Shown: piece by piece, positions 10,623-21,831 of the stretch
Numbering within the stretch: position 1 is the first letter of the stretch
How the letters are laid out: each line of letters opens with the position of its first letter
From: Octopus vulgaris
Lineage: Eukaryota
Assembly: GCA_951406725.2 (NCBI GenBank)
Contig: OX597816.1
Span: 136,152,001-136,216,000, forward strand
DNA length: 64,000 nucleotides
Direction of reading: 5' to 3'
Position numbers and translations under genes: made by a program
Notes under the pieces: model-generated
Database searches by the model: none
What the model saw: only the letters and a program-made list of their open reading frames with translations
What the model was told of the DNA's origin: nothing

Positions 10623-11574
10623 TGGGTAGTATAACATGATGTACTGAGTATTAAAACTCCTTCAAACTTTGGCACAAAGCCAGCCATTGTAAGGAAGAGG
10701 ATAGTCAATTGCATTGATCCCAGTGCTGAACTGGTATTTATTTCCCTAACCCTATAAGGAAAAAAGACAAAAAAATCACCCTTGCCAGTATTTGAACTCA
10801 GAATGTAATAAGCCAGAAAAAATGAAGCTAAGCATTTTGTCCATCATGCTAATAATTATACCAGCTCACTGCCTCACTGAGCAGTATAATCCTTTCTACT
10901 ATAGGTAAAAGGCCTGAAATTTGGGGGTGGGAACATTGATCCCAGTGCTCAGCTGGTACTTATTTTATCAACCCTGGAAGGATGAAAGGCAAAGTCAACC
11001 TCAGTAGAATTTGAATTCAGAATGTGAAGACAGACAAAATATAGCTAAGCATTTTGCCCAGCATGATAATGATTCTGCCAGCTCAGTGCTTTCATCACTG
11101 AGCATTATAACATAATGGTTTACAGCGCAATGGTGTAATTTTGGTAGTTAGTAAAATAGGGTGTACCTAATATTATAATACAGGGGTATACTATGGAGTG
11201 GGAAATATGGTGTTCTCAATATTGTAATTAAGTGAACTTGGACTTAGTTTTGTCAAATAAATGCCAAGTTTAAATGACAGAGCACTATTTTTATAAATAG
11301 TTCAGAAAATGCAAAAGAAAGAAAGAAGAGGAAAAGACAAAAGAAATTGCAATGATATAATCACCAGCTGCTGTGCTGTTTGTGAAACTTACTATAGTGC
11401 TGAAATAATATTCAGCTGCACTGAGTATTAAAAGGATGTTAGAAAATTTTGTATGTACCAATCTGCTTCTGTGTGTGTTGACATGTATGTTGATGTGTAC
11501 TAACACTTTACTAATACACAATTGCAACATAAAATAAGGTTTCTTTCACTGAAAAGTAACTTGTATGCTTAGAG
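10623..11574 (+). repeat. Direct duplication copy 2 (952 bp)
   Basis: See copy 1. Confidence 0.95.
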
Positions 11575-11800
11575 CTGTCATTGAGAAATTGGGTTTGTAG
11601 CTTGATGCTACTGTGAAGCTGAAGTAGAACATGTTTTGTGTTAACCAGGCAGGCAAACAGAAACATAATTATAAAATTACCTGTTGTTCAATGGCTGATT
11701 GTTTGTCATAGTAAGGTTTATAAGGTTTGAACTCATTAGTATACATGCATATGGAGAAAAGCTCAGCATCTTACCTCCATATATGTACGTGTGTGTGTGT

Positions 11801-11850
<50 letters not shown>

Positions 11851-12329
11851 ATATAAGTTTTTACATGTAAAATTTAATATATATTCAACTAAAAATATTG
11901 GGTAATCCTTCAGTTTAATGTTAATTTTCTTTTAATAAATAACTTCATGTAAAAGCATTTATACAGGCATACACATATCCATCCATCTATCTATCCCCCA
12001 CACACACACACATGCACATACATACATACATACATACATACATACATACATACATGCATGCATGCAAACATAGTACAGGTCCTGATCAGGTAGAAAATCA
12101 GTGTATTCCAAACTTGGGTACTAAAAGTATCCAGCCCACGAGTCGAATAGAAAAGATAGTGGTAGATGTGAAGATAGAGCATCTTTAGAAAACAGTGTTG
12201 CTTGGAACTGCACAAATTCTCTACAGGGTTCTTGAAATCTGAACCTTGAGGAAAATTGAAAGTCCACTGGTGCAGGTACATCACTGATAAATGCAATGGC
12301 AAAAACAACAACAACAATAATAATTCATA

Positions 12330-12702
12330 TAAAAATACTGTCAGATGTAATGATCCAATGTGACCATAAAATTTAACATCAAAAGTTGGATATAGTGGTT
12401 GTGAATAAAAAAGGTAGAAAAACCTTGTTCAATCATTGATATTGCTTGTGCTGGTGTTAGCAAAAGAATTAGGAAAAGAAGACATGCAGGTCAGATATTA
12501 TGATGCAAAGAGAGAAATAAAGAAACTGTGGTCATTGAAGAAGATGAGTGTTAAATCTGTTTTTGTTGGAGCCTTGGGTACCAAAAGTATCAAGCCCACG
12601 AATCGGATAGAAAAGATAGTGGTAGATGTGAAGATAGAGCATCTGCAGAAAACAATGTTGCTTGGAACTGCACAAATTCTCTACAGGGTTCTTGAAATCT
12701 GA
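12330..12702 (+). mobile_element. R4/Dong-like non-LTR retrotransposon RLE C-terminal fragment
   Basis: KILSDVMIQCDHKI*HQKLDIVVVNK...IIDIAC, then KREIKKLWSLKKMSVKSVFVGALG...IEHLQKTMLLGTAQILYRVLEI* (ORF 12436..12702); last ~130 bp also present at 12113-12243. Confidence 0.8.
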
Positions 12703-13340
12703 ATTTAAAGTGTTACCGTAGTCTATTGGTCATGAAGAGCTGACACTTTGCTGCATTCCCCACTGAAATTGCAGCATTAAACAAAATTAATAATACATAT
12801 AAACATTCATATTCCCTTTTATTAAAATAAAATAAACTCAACTAATCTCCTGAACTGAATATTGATTTCAATTTTTGGCACAAAGCCAACAATTCCAGGG
12901 GTTGTGGTAAATCGATTACATCGACTCCAGCGCTGAGCTGGTACTTATTCTATCAGCCTTGAAAGGATGAAAGGCAAAGTTGTCCTTAGTGGAGTTTGAA
13001 CTCAGAACATAAAGAGAGACAAAATTCTACTAAGCATTTTGCCCAGTGTGCTAACAATTCAACCAGTTCACTGCCTTCATTTGAATTTAATATTAAAATG
13101 GGAAAAAATAAGGCAGTGAACTGGCAGAATCATTGGCACGCTAGGCAAAATGCTTTACAATATTTCATTCATCTTTACACTTCTGAGTTCAAATTCCACC
13201 AAGGTCAACTTTACTTTTTATCTTTTCAGGAATGATCAAATAAGTACCAGTTGACCACAGGTATCAATGTAATCAACTTACCTGCTTCCCTGAAACTACT
13301 GGCCATGTGCCAAAATTTGAAACTAATATTAAAATGGGAA

Positions 13341-13625
13341 ATCATCATCATCATCGTTTAGCGTTCGCTTTCCATGCTAGCATGGGTTGGACAGTTCAAC
13401 TGGGGTCTGGGAAGCCAGAAGGCTGCACCAGGCCCAGTCTGATCTGGCAATGTTTCTACGGCTGGATGCCCTTCCTAACGCCAACCACTCCGTGAGTCTA
13501 GTGGGTGCTTTTACGTGCCAGACGAGGCTGGCAAACAGCCATGATCGGATGGTGCTTTTTACGTGCCAGTCAGGATGGCACTGGCAACGGCCACGTTCAG
13601 ATGGTTTTCTTACGTACCACCGGCA
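13341..13625 (-). mobile_element. RTE LINE 3' end fragment
   Basis: (CAT)n plus family tail with shortened hairpin units. Confidence 0.85.
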
Positions 13626-13984
13626 CTATCTTACACAAAACGGCAGTGATTACCATTCATTTCAAAAACATTAATGGGTCAGTAATGTTGCAAGGGCAAA
13701 TGTGCAGAGTCATTTGATTATGTAATGCGATTGGCATCATAACTTTGTCTTTCTTCATTGTCTAACAAAAGAGTCAAATAACTGTTTAATGAATTGTCAT
13801 TAAAAATTTCTTATAGATGTGGTTGTGTGATTTAGAAGTTGCTTTCTGGCAACATTATCATGCCACTGAGTGGCACCTTGGGCAAGTGTCTTCTACAAAA
13901 GCCTTGGGTTGATCAAAGCCTTGTGAGTGAATTTAGTGGATGGAAATTGAAAGAAGTGTATCATGTATGTGTGTGTATATATAC

Positions 13985-15250
13985 AGTAGTGGTCACAGCT
14001 AATCAAAAAGTTAGCTTCACTAACCGCTAATTTGCTAACTAAAAGAGTTTGCTTTGCAAACACTAAATCGCTAGACAAGTAAACAAATTAGTGAAAGCTA
14101 ATGCTAAACGATAACTGCTAATTTTTATCATATGAATTTAGTTTCGGTTTGGTGTTTTGGCACTAAAACCCCTAAAAACAGAGCTAGAGAGCTGAAATTT
14201 TCATGTTGTAGCTTAGACATAGAGCTTTCCAAAAGGACATAGCATATCAAGATCAGATGATGATCAAGGTGTATGCAAATTAAACGAACAAATGTAATTA
14301 AACATTAGCTTCCAGTCAGCATACACTTTATTTACTGTACAAAAAGTATTAAATGAATCAAGAAGGGATAGTATAACATAGGTATCATGCCAAAATCAGA
14401 TGATGATCAAGGTGTACTACTCTGGCTGAGCCTTCTCCATTGTCTTGACGTGATGCTAATTGCCCTTCATAAACATCAGCCTCTCAAAGTTACCATCTGA
14501 AAGGGTAGCCCTTTTGGCCCTCAAATTATCTTTGCCTATAAAGAATAGGTGCTCAACTGCAGCACTGGATGGGATGGCAGTGTTATACTAGGTGAACAGG
14601 TCAATTAAGACCTGCTCACCCAAAAAGGTGACTTCAGTCAGGACCTCCTTCAAGATGGCTTCCAGCCAGGTCTTCACCAAGTTCTGTGCCTTGGATTTCA
14701 GTGGCTTGTGGCTCCTGCTCTTCCAAAACCGAGTGATGTTGCTGAAGAAATCATCTTCTTTAACCTTGTTGCTGATGGTGCTGCTGCCCTCCTCATTGAT
14801 CTCCATTAGGGCTGTCTCTAAGATGGTCTCCATGGAGTTCATTACTCTATTAACCTGGCTGTTATTATACTGCTCCAGCCAGAACAAGTGAAACTTGGCA
14901 TGAAAGGTAGCAGCCAGCTGGCACTCCAGGTCTTCTAAGAGGAGCCCAAACTTTTTCGAGATGCCTGCCAGCATCATATCTACCAGAGAACTGCAGTACA
15001 GGAGATGTTTGAACTTAGCCTTCTTCAACTTCATGATGGTAGCCACTACAGTTGGCAGAAGGCACCTGAGATAAGCCTGGTTCTCCCCCTGTATTTTATC
15101 CAAGGTCTTGGCAACATTAGCTATCACCCGGGTGTACTCTGGAAGCTGACATCAGAATCAATGAAGATCTACAGCTTCTGCTGTGTCATCACCCTGAAGA
15201 CAGATCCCCTTTTCTTCTCCTGCAGGTTGTTGAGGACAACAACAGAGTCA
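13985..15250 (-). mobile_element. hAT (ZBED-like) transposon 3' part, pseudogenised transposase
   Basis: ORF 14588..15127 reads through a stop into YNTAIPSSAAVEHLFFIGKDNLRAKRATLSDGNFERLMFMKGN, a hAT dimerisation-domain motif; GCTAA-rich subterminal repeats at 13995-14125. Confidence 0.8.
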
Positions 15251-15429
15251 TAGGTATTATTTAATTTGCTTTGCAGGAGCAACTGTTTTATCAAAAGCAT
15301 ATATTGTTGTTAAATGTTCAAAATACGAGACTAGAAAAACAACCAGCAACTGATGACGGGTCGTTTTTATGTTGTTTGTTTTGTTTTCCATTTGTGTCTT
15401 TCGTTGTTTAAAAGAATACTTTATGTTCC

Positions 15430-15465
<36 letters not shown>

Positions 15466-15504
15466 GTATAGATGTAAGTATGTACACATACGTATATATA
15501 TATG

Positions 15505-15557
<53 letters not shown>

Positions 15558-15910
15558 CACATGGTCTCAGGTTCAGTCCCACTGTGTGACACCTTGGGCA
15601 AGTACCTTCTTCTATAGTGTTGCGTTGGGCCGACCAAAGCCTTATGAGTGGGGTTGGCAGACGAAAACTGAAAGAAGCTCGTCGTATGTGTGTGTGTGTG
15701 TGTCTTTGTGTCTATGTTTGTCCCCTCACTACCTCTTGACAACCAGTGCTGGTATGTTTACGACCCTGTAACTTAGCAGTTCGCCAAAAAAGACCGATAA
15801 GTACTAGGCTTTTGAAAAATAAGTACTGGGGTCGATACATTCGACTAGAAATTCCTCAAGGCGGTACCCCAGCATGGCCGCAGTCTAATGACTGAAACAA
15901 GTAAAAGAAG
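15558..15910 (+). mobile_element. tRNA-derived CORE-type SINE with internal (TA/TG)n, 5' truncated
   Basis: ggttcagtcccactg..accttgggcaagt (CORE-like)...actgaaacaagtaaaaga tail; same family as 48398-48783. Confidence 0.8.
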
Positions 15911-17977
15911 ACAAATAACGCTTCAGTAATTTACTGTTTTTAATTCCCCCCATTTCATGTAGTTAAGAATTAATACACAACTGTTGGCTTTGAGTAAAGT
16001 GCCAAACAACCATTAATCATACTGATAGGAAAATATGACAGCAGAAAACAAGTTCAATCTAATTTGTTTGAATCGATAGATAAAATGTTTTTGATAGCTA
16101 AAACAAGTTAGATAATTTGTAGACAAATCATAATTATTTCCCTTATGTACAGCCATATTTTATGATTTAACTAAAACATTACTGCTGACTGACTGGATAC
16201 TGTCATTCAAGCAGTCACAGACAGATATGTTGTAATGTATGTGTTCTCTGTAACTTATGTAGAATGCATGATATTAATGAAAGGATGGAACCAATTCATA
16301 AATATTCTCCAGATAAACTGTAATTCCTTGATTTAGTAGAACTTTCGTATTAAGTTACTTTTACACACACACACTCACATATATGTAAGTATATATAAGT
16401 GAAAGTATTTTATTTTTTTATAAAATGTAGGGCCACTGCAAGGGATCAATGAATCAAGTTAGAAATGTTTTGATAATGATGTAATTAGAATATCTGATAA
16501 CATTACCAAAATATTACAGGATAGGTGGAACAGTTGAAAGTTAAAAGCTGCAGAAATTATCCCAACATATCTTATTCCACAACCAGAAAATAAGATCATT
16601 CAAAATGGCTGGCTTGAAAATAGACTTTTCTGTTGAGAATAAAATAAAAGGAATGATATAAACTAAACTACTTTAACAAGTTTAAATTGAACGGAAAATA
16701 TTTAAACCTGTTATAGAATTTGTTTTAGATGTTTCTCTTTCAAAATTGTTAACTGGTGAGTCACGGAAGGAATAATAGAAAGAAAACCCAAACTATGTAA
16801 TTTCTGTGCTTATATAACTTAATTACTTAATTCACACACACATACACACATAGGGCACAAAATTGGTAGAATTCTTGGCTAAATGCCTTGAAGTATTTAG
16901 TTACTTCTCTTTATATTCCTAGTTCAAATCTTCAATAAGTAGCATAAAAGTAAAATATTGAAGTTGATTCAATTAACTACATATTACCTCCCCACATTAA
17001 AGATGTGGCTTTGTGCCAATGTGAGAAATTATTATTGTTTCTAGGATGGTGGATGTAATGTCAGTATTCTGCAGTATTTATTTTGTGTGTTCAAATCTCG
17101 CAGGAGTTAACTTTGGCTTTCATTTCATTGGGTAGATAGAATAAACACCAGTCAAATATTCAGGTTGATTAAATCAACTACACCAATCTCCAGAACTCTG
17201 AGACTTTGTGTGTACGTTAGAAATCATCATCGTCATCATCATCATTATTATCATTATCAAGGTAGCGAGCTGGCAGAATCGTTAGCATGCTGGATGAAAT
17301 GCTTAGCAGTATTTCACCTGTCACTATATTCTGAGTTCAGAATCTGCCAAGTTCAACTTTGCCATTCATTCTTTAAAGAGACAAACTGGCAGAATTGTTA
17401 ACATGCCAGGCAAAATGCATAGCAGCATTTTGGTCCATCATTATATTGTCTGTTCAGATTCCGCCAGGGTTGACTTTGCTTTTCATCCTTTCAGAGTCAA
17501 TAAAATAAGTACCAGTTGAGCACTGGGGTTAATGTAAAATTAGCCCTACATCAAGGCTAATTGACTTAGCTCCTCCCTGAAATTGCTAGCCCTGTACCAA
17601 AATTTGAAACCGTTATTATTATTATTAATATTATTATTATTATTGTGAGGGTGCATGGTCTAGTGTTTAGTGTGTTGCACTTACAGTTGCTAGACTGGAA
17701 TTTCAATTCCTAAACCAGGTCATGCATTGTGTTCTTGAGCAAAACATTTCATCTCATGTTGCTTTGCAATCACTTTGACACCTAACATGTGGCACACCAT
17801 GCACTTGTTCAGACAATGTCAATTTGATGGAGAGACTGAGCTACTATGCAGCACAAACATTTGATCACTATAAAAAAAATCATTTGTGCAGGTCATTTGG
17901 CAAAAGCTGAACTCATATGTCATCTTCAACAGAAGGTGAGTCCATCATTTCTATAATAATAATATTGTTATTATTTT

Positions 17978-19654
17978 ACAAGTACAGTGAAGAATTCAGG
18001 GTAGAGGTAGGGGTCCACCAAGGTCCAGTCCTCAGCCTCCTCCTATTTATCATAGTTCTCCAGGCCATAATGGAGGAATTCAAAACAGGATGCCCCTGTG
18101 AGCTCCTGTATGCTGATGACCTTGCTCTAATTGCCGAGTCACTATCAGAACTAGAGGAGAAGTTTCAAGTGTGGAAACAAGGATTAGAATTGAAGGGCCT
18201 TAGAGTCAACCTAGCTAAAACCAAAGTCCTAATAAGTAGGAAGGCAGGCAAACCACAAATCCCTTCAGGTAGATGGCTCTGCTTGATGTGTAGAAAAGGC
18301 ATAGGTAGAAACTCTATAAGATGTACCCAGTGTAAGCTATGGACACATAAGAGGTGCAGCAATATCAAAGGAAGGCTAACTGGGAGGATAGTTTTTGTAT
18401 GTGGCAGATGCTTGGAAGCAATAAATAACACTGAAAATGTGCAGAGAACAACTTCCACCACATTCCAGAGAGAAAAACTAGAAGTATTTGATAGCTTCCA
18501 TTACCTAGGTGACCAAGTCAGTAGCTGGGGAGGGTGTGCTGAAAGTGTAGCTGCTAGAATACGAATAGCCTGGGCTAAGTTCAGAGAGCTCTTACCTCTG
18601 CTGGTGACAAAGGGCCTCTTGCTCAGAGTAAAAGGTAGACTGTATGATGCATGTGTATGAACAGCCATGCTACATGGCAGTGAAACATGGGCCGTGACTG
18701 TCGAGGACATGCGTAAGCTTGCAAGGAATGAAGCCAGTATGCTCCGATGGATGTGTAATGTCAGTGTACATACTCGACAGAGTGTTAGTGCCTTGAGAGA
18801 AAAGTAGGACCTAAGAAGCATCAGATGTGGTGCGCAAGAGAGACAACTGTGCTGGTATGGTCATGTGGTGAGAATGGATGTGGATAGCTGTGTGAAAAAG
18901 TGCCACACCCTAGCAGTTGAGGGAACTTGTGGAAGAAGTAGACCCAAGAAGACCTGGGATGAGGTGGTAAAGCATGGCTTTTGAATATTGGGCCTCACCA
19001 AGGCAATGACTAGTGACCGAGACCATTGGAAATATGCTGTGCTTGAGAAGACTCGGCAAGCGCAAGTGAGACCACAACCTCGTGGTCTATGCCAGGGGTG
19101 AGACCAGTCCACTTATGCGTACCTTTCCTTCATTGGACACTAAACTTTGCTTGTGAAGACCTGTTGAGGCAAGTGAAATTGAAATCGAAATCAAAGACTG
19201 GCATCCTTGCTAGTGGAGTGCTAAGAGTCCCATATGAGCAAGATTTTGCCAGAGTAACAAGCTGACCTCCGTGCCGATGGCACGTAAAAAGCATCATTCA
19301 GGTGTGATCGTTACCTGTGTTGCCTTACTAGCACTTATGCTGGTGGCATGTGAAAAAACATTCGAGTGAGGTTGTTGCCAGTGCCGCTGGACTGGCTCTT
19401 GTGCAGGTGGCACATAAAAAGCACCATTTGAGTGCAGCCGTTGCCAGTACCGCCTGACTGGCCCTCGTGCTGGTGGCACGTAAAAGCACCCACTACATTC
19501 TTAGAGTGGTTGGCGTTAGGAAGGGCATCCAGCTGTAGAAACTATGCCAGATCAGATTGGAGTCTGGTGCAGCCATCTGGTTTGCTAGACCTCAGTCAAA
19601 TTGTCCAACTCATGCTAGCATGGAAAGTGGACGTTAAACAATGATGATGATGAT
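17978..19654 (+). mobile_element. 5'-truncated RTE-clade LINE: RT C-terminal half, PHD-like finger, ORF2 end, 3' UTR hairpin array, (GAT)n tail
   Basis: ORF 17917..18660 has VGVHQG..LS.LLFIIV, LLYADDLAL, FHYLG and RIRIAWAKFRELLPLL; continues past stops as AMLHGSETW, LCWYGHVVRM, RPKKTWDEVV. Confidence 0.93.
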
Positions 19655-20183
19655 ACAAAAGCTACTACATGCTAATTTAATTAGCAGGAACCCGAGGATT
19701 GGTGACCAGCTACCTCAAATCTCAAGAATCATTTTTTATGAATCTTGTAGAATAAGGATTGCACTTTTCTGTAGGTCAAAAATACTTGTCACAATTCCAA
19801 TCCTTCAGACAGTTTGGACATCTTGCAATTACCATAGGGACAAATGATGTGCCTTGATCCTGGGTGGTTATAATTAGCGATTCAGTTTCTCATTTCAGGT
19901 TTTTGTCCCTCAGCTATAACTATCATTCTTTACTTCTAACATGTATTGCTTGTTGCATGAATTGCCTATTAAGTCCCTTCTCTTTCCAGCTATTAATTGT
20001 TAATACGTTACCTTTGTATTCCAGTTCTAAGAACAACCCATCTCCTTAAATTCGACGAACTATTGACAACATGTGTTCCCAATCTCATGATTCCTAACAC
20101 TATTTCCTTTCAGACACATTAAAGAAAGTTATAAGTGCCCTAACATTTTTATTGTATGCTCGTTGTCATAGGACCTTCTAAAT

Positions 20184-20496
20184 CAGTGGTTCTCAACAGG
20201 AGTCCACATGACTCCCTAGGGGTCCATGTAAGATTTTTAGGGGTCCACGCTAGCAAAATAGTAATTTGGAGATCTACCGTAGTTTTTTATGGGTTCATGA
20301 AAAAGTTTTAATTTAGATGTATTAATTGCTAGAAAGAGATAAATTTCTTTCTCTAATGTTTTTACATAATTTAACCCACATAAGTTAATGTGTGAATAAA
20401 AAAAATAGGAATTTTGAAAGAAGTAGCTATAAAACTAGTTTATAAACATCGAATGAATATCGGGGTCCACCAAAATAAAATAGCTGAGAACCACTC
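20184..20496. mobile_element. hAT/Charlie-type MITE (313 bp)
   Basis: TIR CAGTGGTTCTCAAC / GCTGAGAACCACTC; 8-bp TSD ttctaaat/ttctaaag; second copy at 59938-60236. Confidence 0.8.
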
Positions 20497-21538
20497 TTCT
20501 AAAGGATCGATTCACCTATTCGCTAGAAATAACACCTGAATCTTCTACAGACTACTACTATCATTTTAAAAACGGAAAGACACGTTGGATCATGGTAGTG
20601 CCAGATACTTAATGCTTGGAAATTTTTTAAAAATCAGGATGATCACAGCTGAGACATCATCGATCTGGGATAATATTTTAAGATAAGTTGAAGCAATTTT
20701 ACAAAACCATACCACATTTTCTTCTTTTATTTTTCTGATAACAAGAATTTTATTTGACATTTTAAAAATATATATGAAATAGAATTGTTATTGTCAGAAT
20801 CAACGATACGACTGAAGAAAATATTTCAAGGGACTTTTATGCATTCTGAAAAAAAAAAAAAAAAAAGCGTCTCACACAGAATTCGATAAAAACAAAACTT
20901 TCGGTCAACTGAGGTTATGTAAATTAGTAGTTAACACCCCCTTAGGGGGGGTTTTATCAACTAATTGTTTAGATAAATCTTCGATGATAGAAGTTTTTCT
21001 GTTCCCTTTAATTCCGTAATCCAGAACTACCAGGTCGCATAGAAGGAATAATTTTAAAATCTTTATTGACTATTGCAGTCTGCCGGGTATTTTTGCATTA
21101 TATATTGTATTATGTGTGTAATATATAAGTATGATACATGTAATAATTTAATTATATGTTATGCACTTTATTGTGCTTTGTTATGTGTGTGATTTCCCGG
21201 TCTGTGGAAAAATTGTCAAATTGTCATGCATGAAACCTGTCCGTGGTGTAAAAACGGCTGGCGTCCGCTGCACTATGTTACGTGAGTCCCTACCGTAAAG
21301 TTATTGTAAACGAAGATAAGCGCCAACTTGAAAAAAACAGGGCTACTGTTTTTCATTTCTATCAATAATTGATGCTTATAATATATTCCCGCCAAAATCT
21401 TGAAATTTATTTACATTGCATTTCTCAGGGATCGCACAGTCGGGAAGGAGTCCGACTTGCCTAGGTTCACGCCTCTAGTTAATCACAAAGTTATTGTTAT
21501 TGTAAATTACGGTCAGCTGTGCAGTAAAAGGATGTGAG

Positions 21539-21612
21539 CACGTGATAAGGTATGTTGTGTCGAAACATCAACCGGAAGTTACCGTAACAAAGTTTGTGAA
21601 TAATCTAATTGG
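21539..21612 (+). promoter_or_regulatory. RRS1 TATA-less promoter motifs: E-box CACGTG (21539-21544), ETS site CCGGAAGT (21572-21579), reverse CCAAT box ATTGG (21608-21612)
   Basis: Three canonical housekeeping motifs within 100 bp upstream of the ATG, in a locally CpG-richer non-repetitive stretch. Confidence 0.65.
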
Positions 21613-21637
21613 TCAATATTGTTAATATACGAGAAAC

Positions 21638-21789
21638 ATGGCTGACGTTGTAGCTGAAGTTTTACGTGAAGCTGCCGAAAAAGAAGCTCGTTTCAAAAGT
21701 ATCGAAGTTCAGAAAGATGCTGAACTTGATTTTGACCAAGGAAATTTGCTTGCATCAGATCCTAATCCTCTTGATTTGAAAAAATTAAG
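21638..21789 (+). CDS. RRS1: RRS1 coding exon 1 (MADVVAEVLREAAEKEARFKSIEVQKDAELDFDQGNLLASDPNPLDLKKL-R)
   Basis: ATG at 21638 in AAACATGG context; translation matches the RRS1 N-terminal 'V.K..EL.FD.GNLLA.D.NP' pattern; donor AG|GTTCGT at 21790, phase 2. Confidence 0.95.
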
Positions 21790-21823
21790 GTTCGTTATAG
21801 TGAATGTTTATCTTTAACATTAA

Positions 21824-21831
21824 CCACGTGG
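21824..21831. promoter_or_regulatory. Second E-box CCACGTGG in RRS1 intron 1
   Basis: Extended palindromic Myc/Max-type E-box about 35 nt into intron 1. Confidence 0.45.

Noticed and set aside
6959-11574. LTR retrotransposon defined by the 952-bp direct repeats
   Set aside because: No TG...CA termini, primer-binding site, TSD or gag/pol between the repeats.
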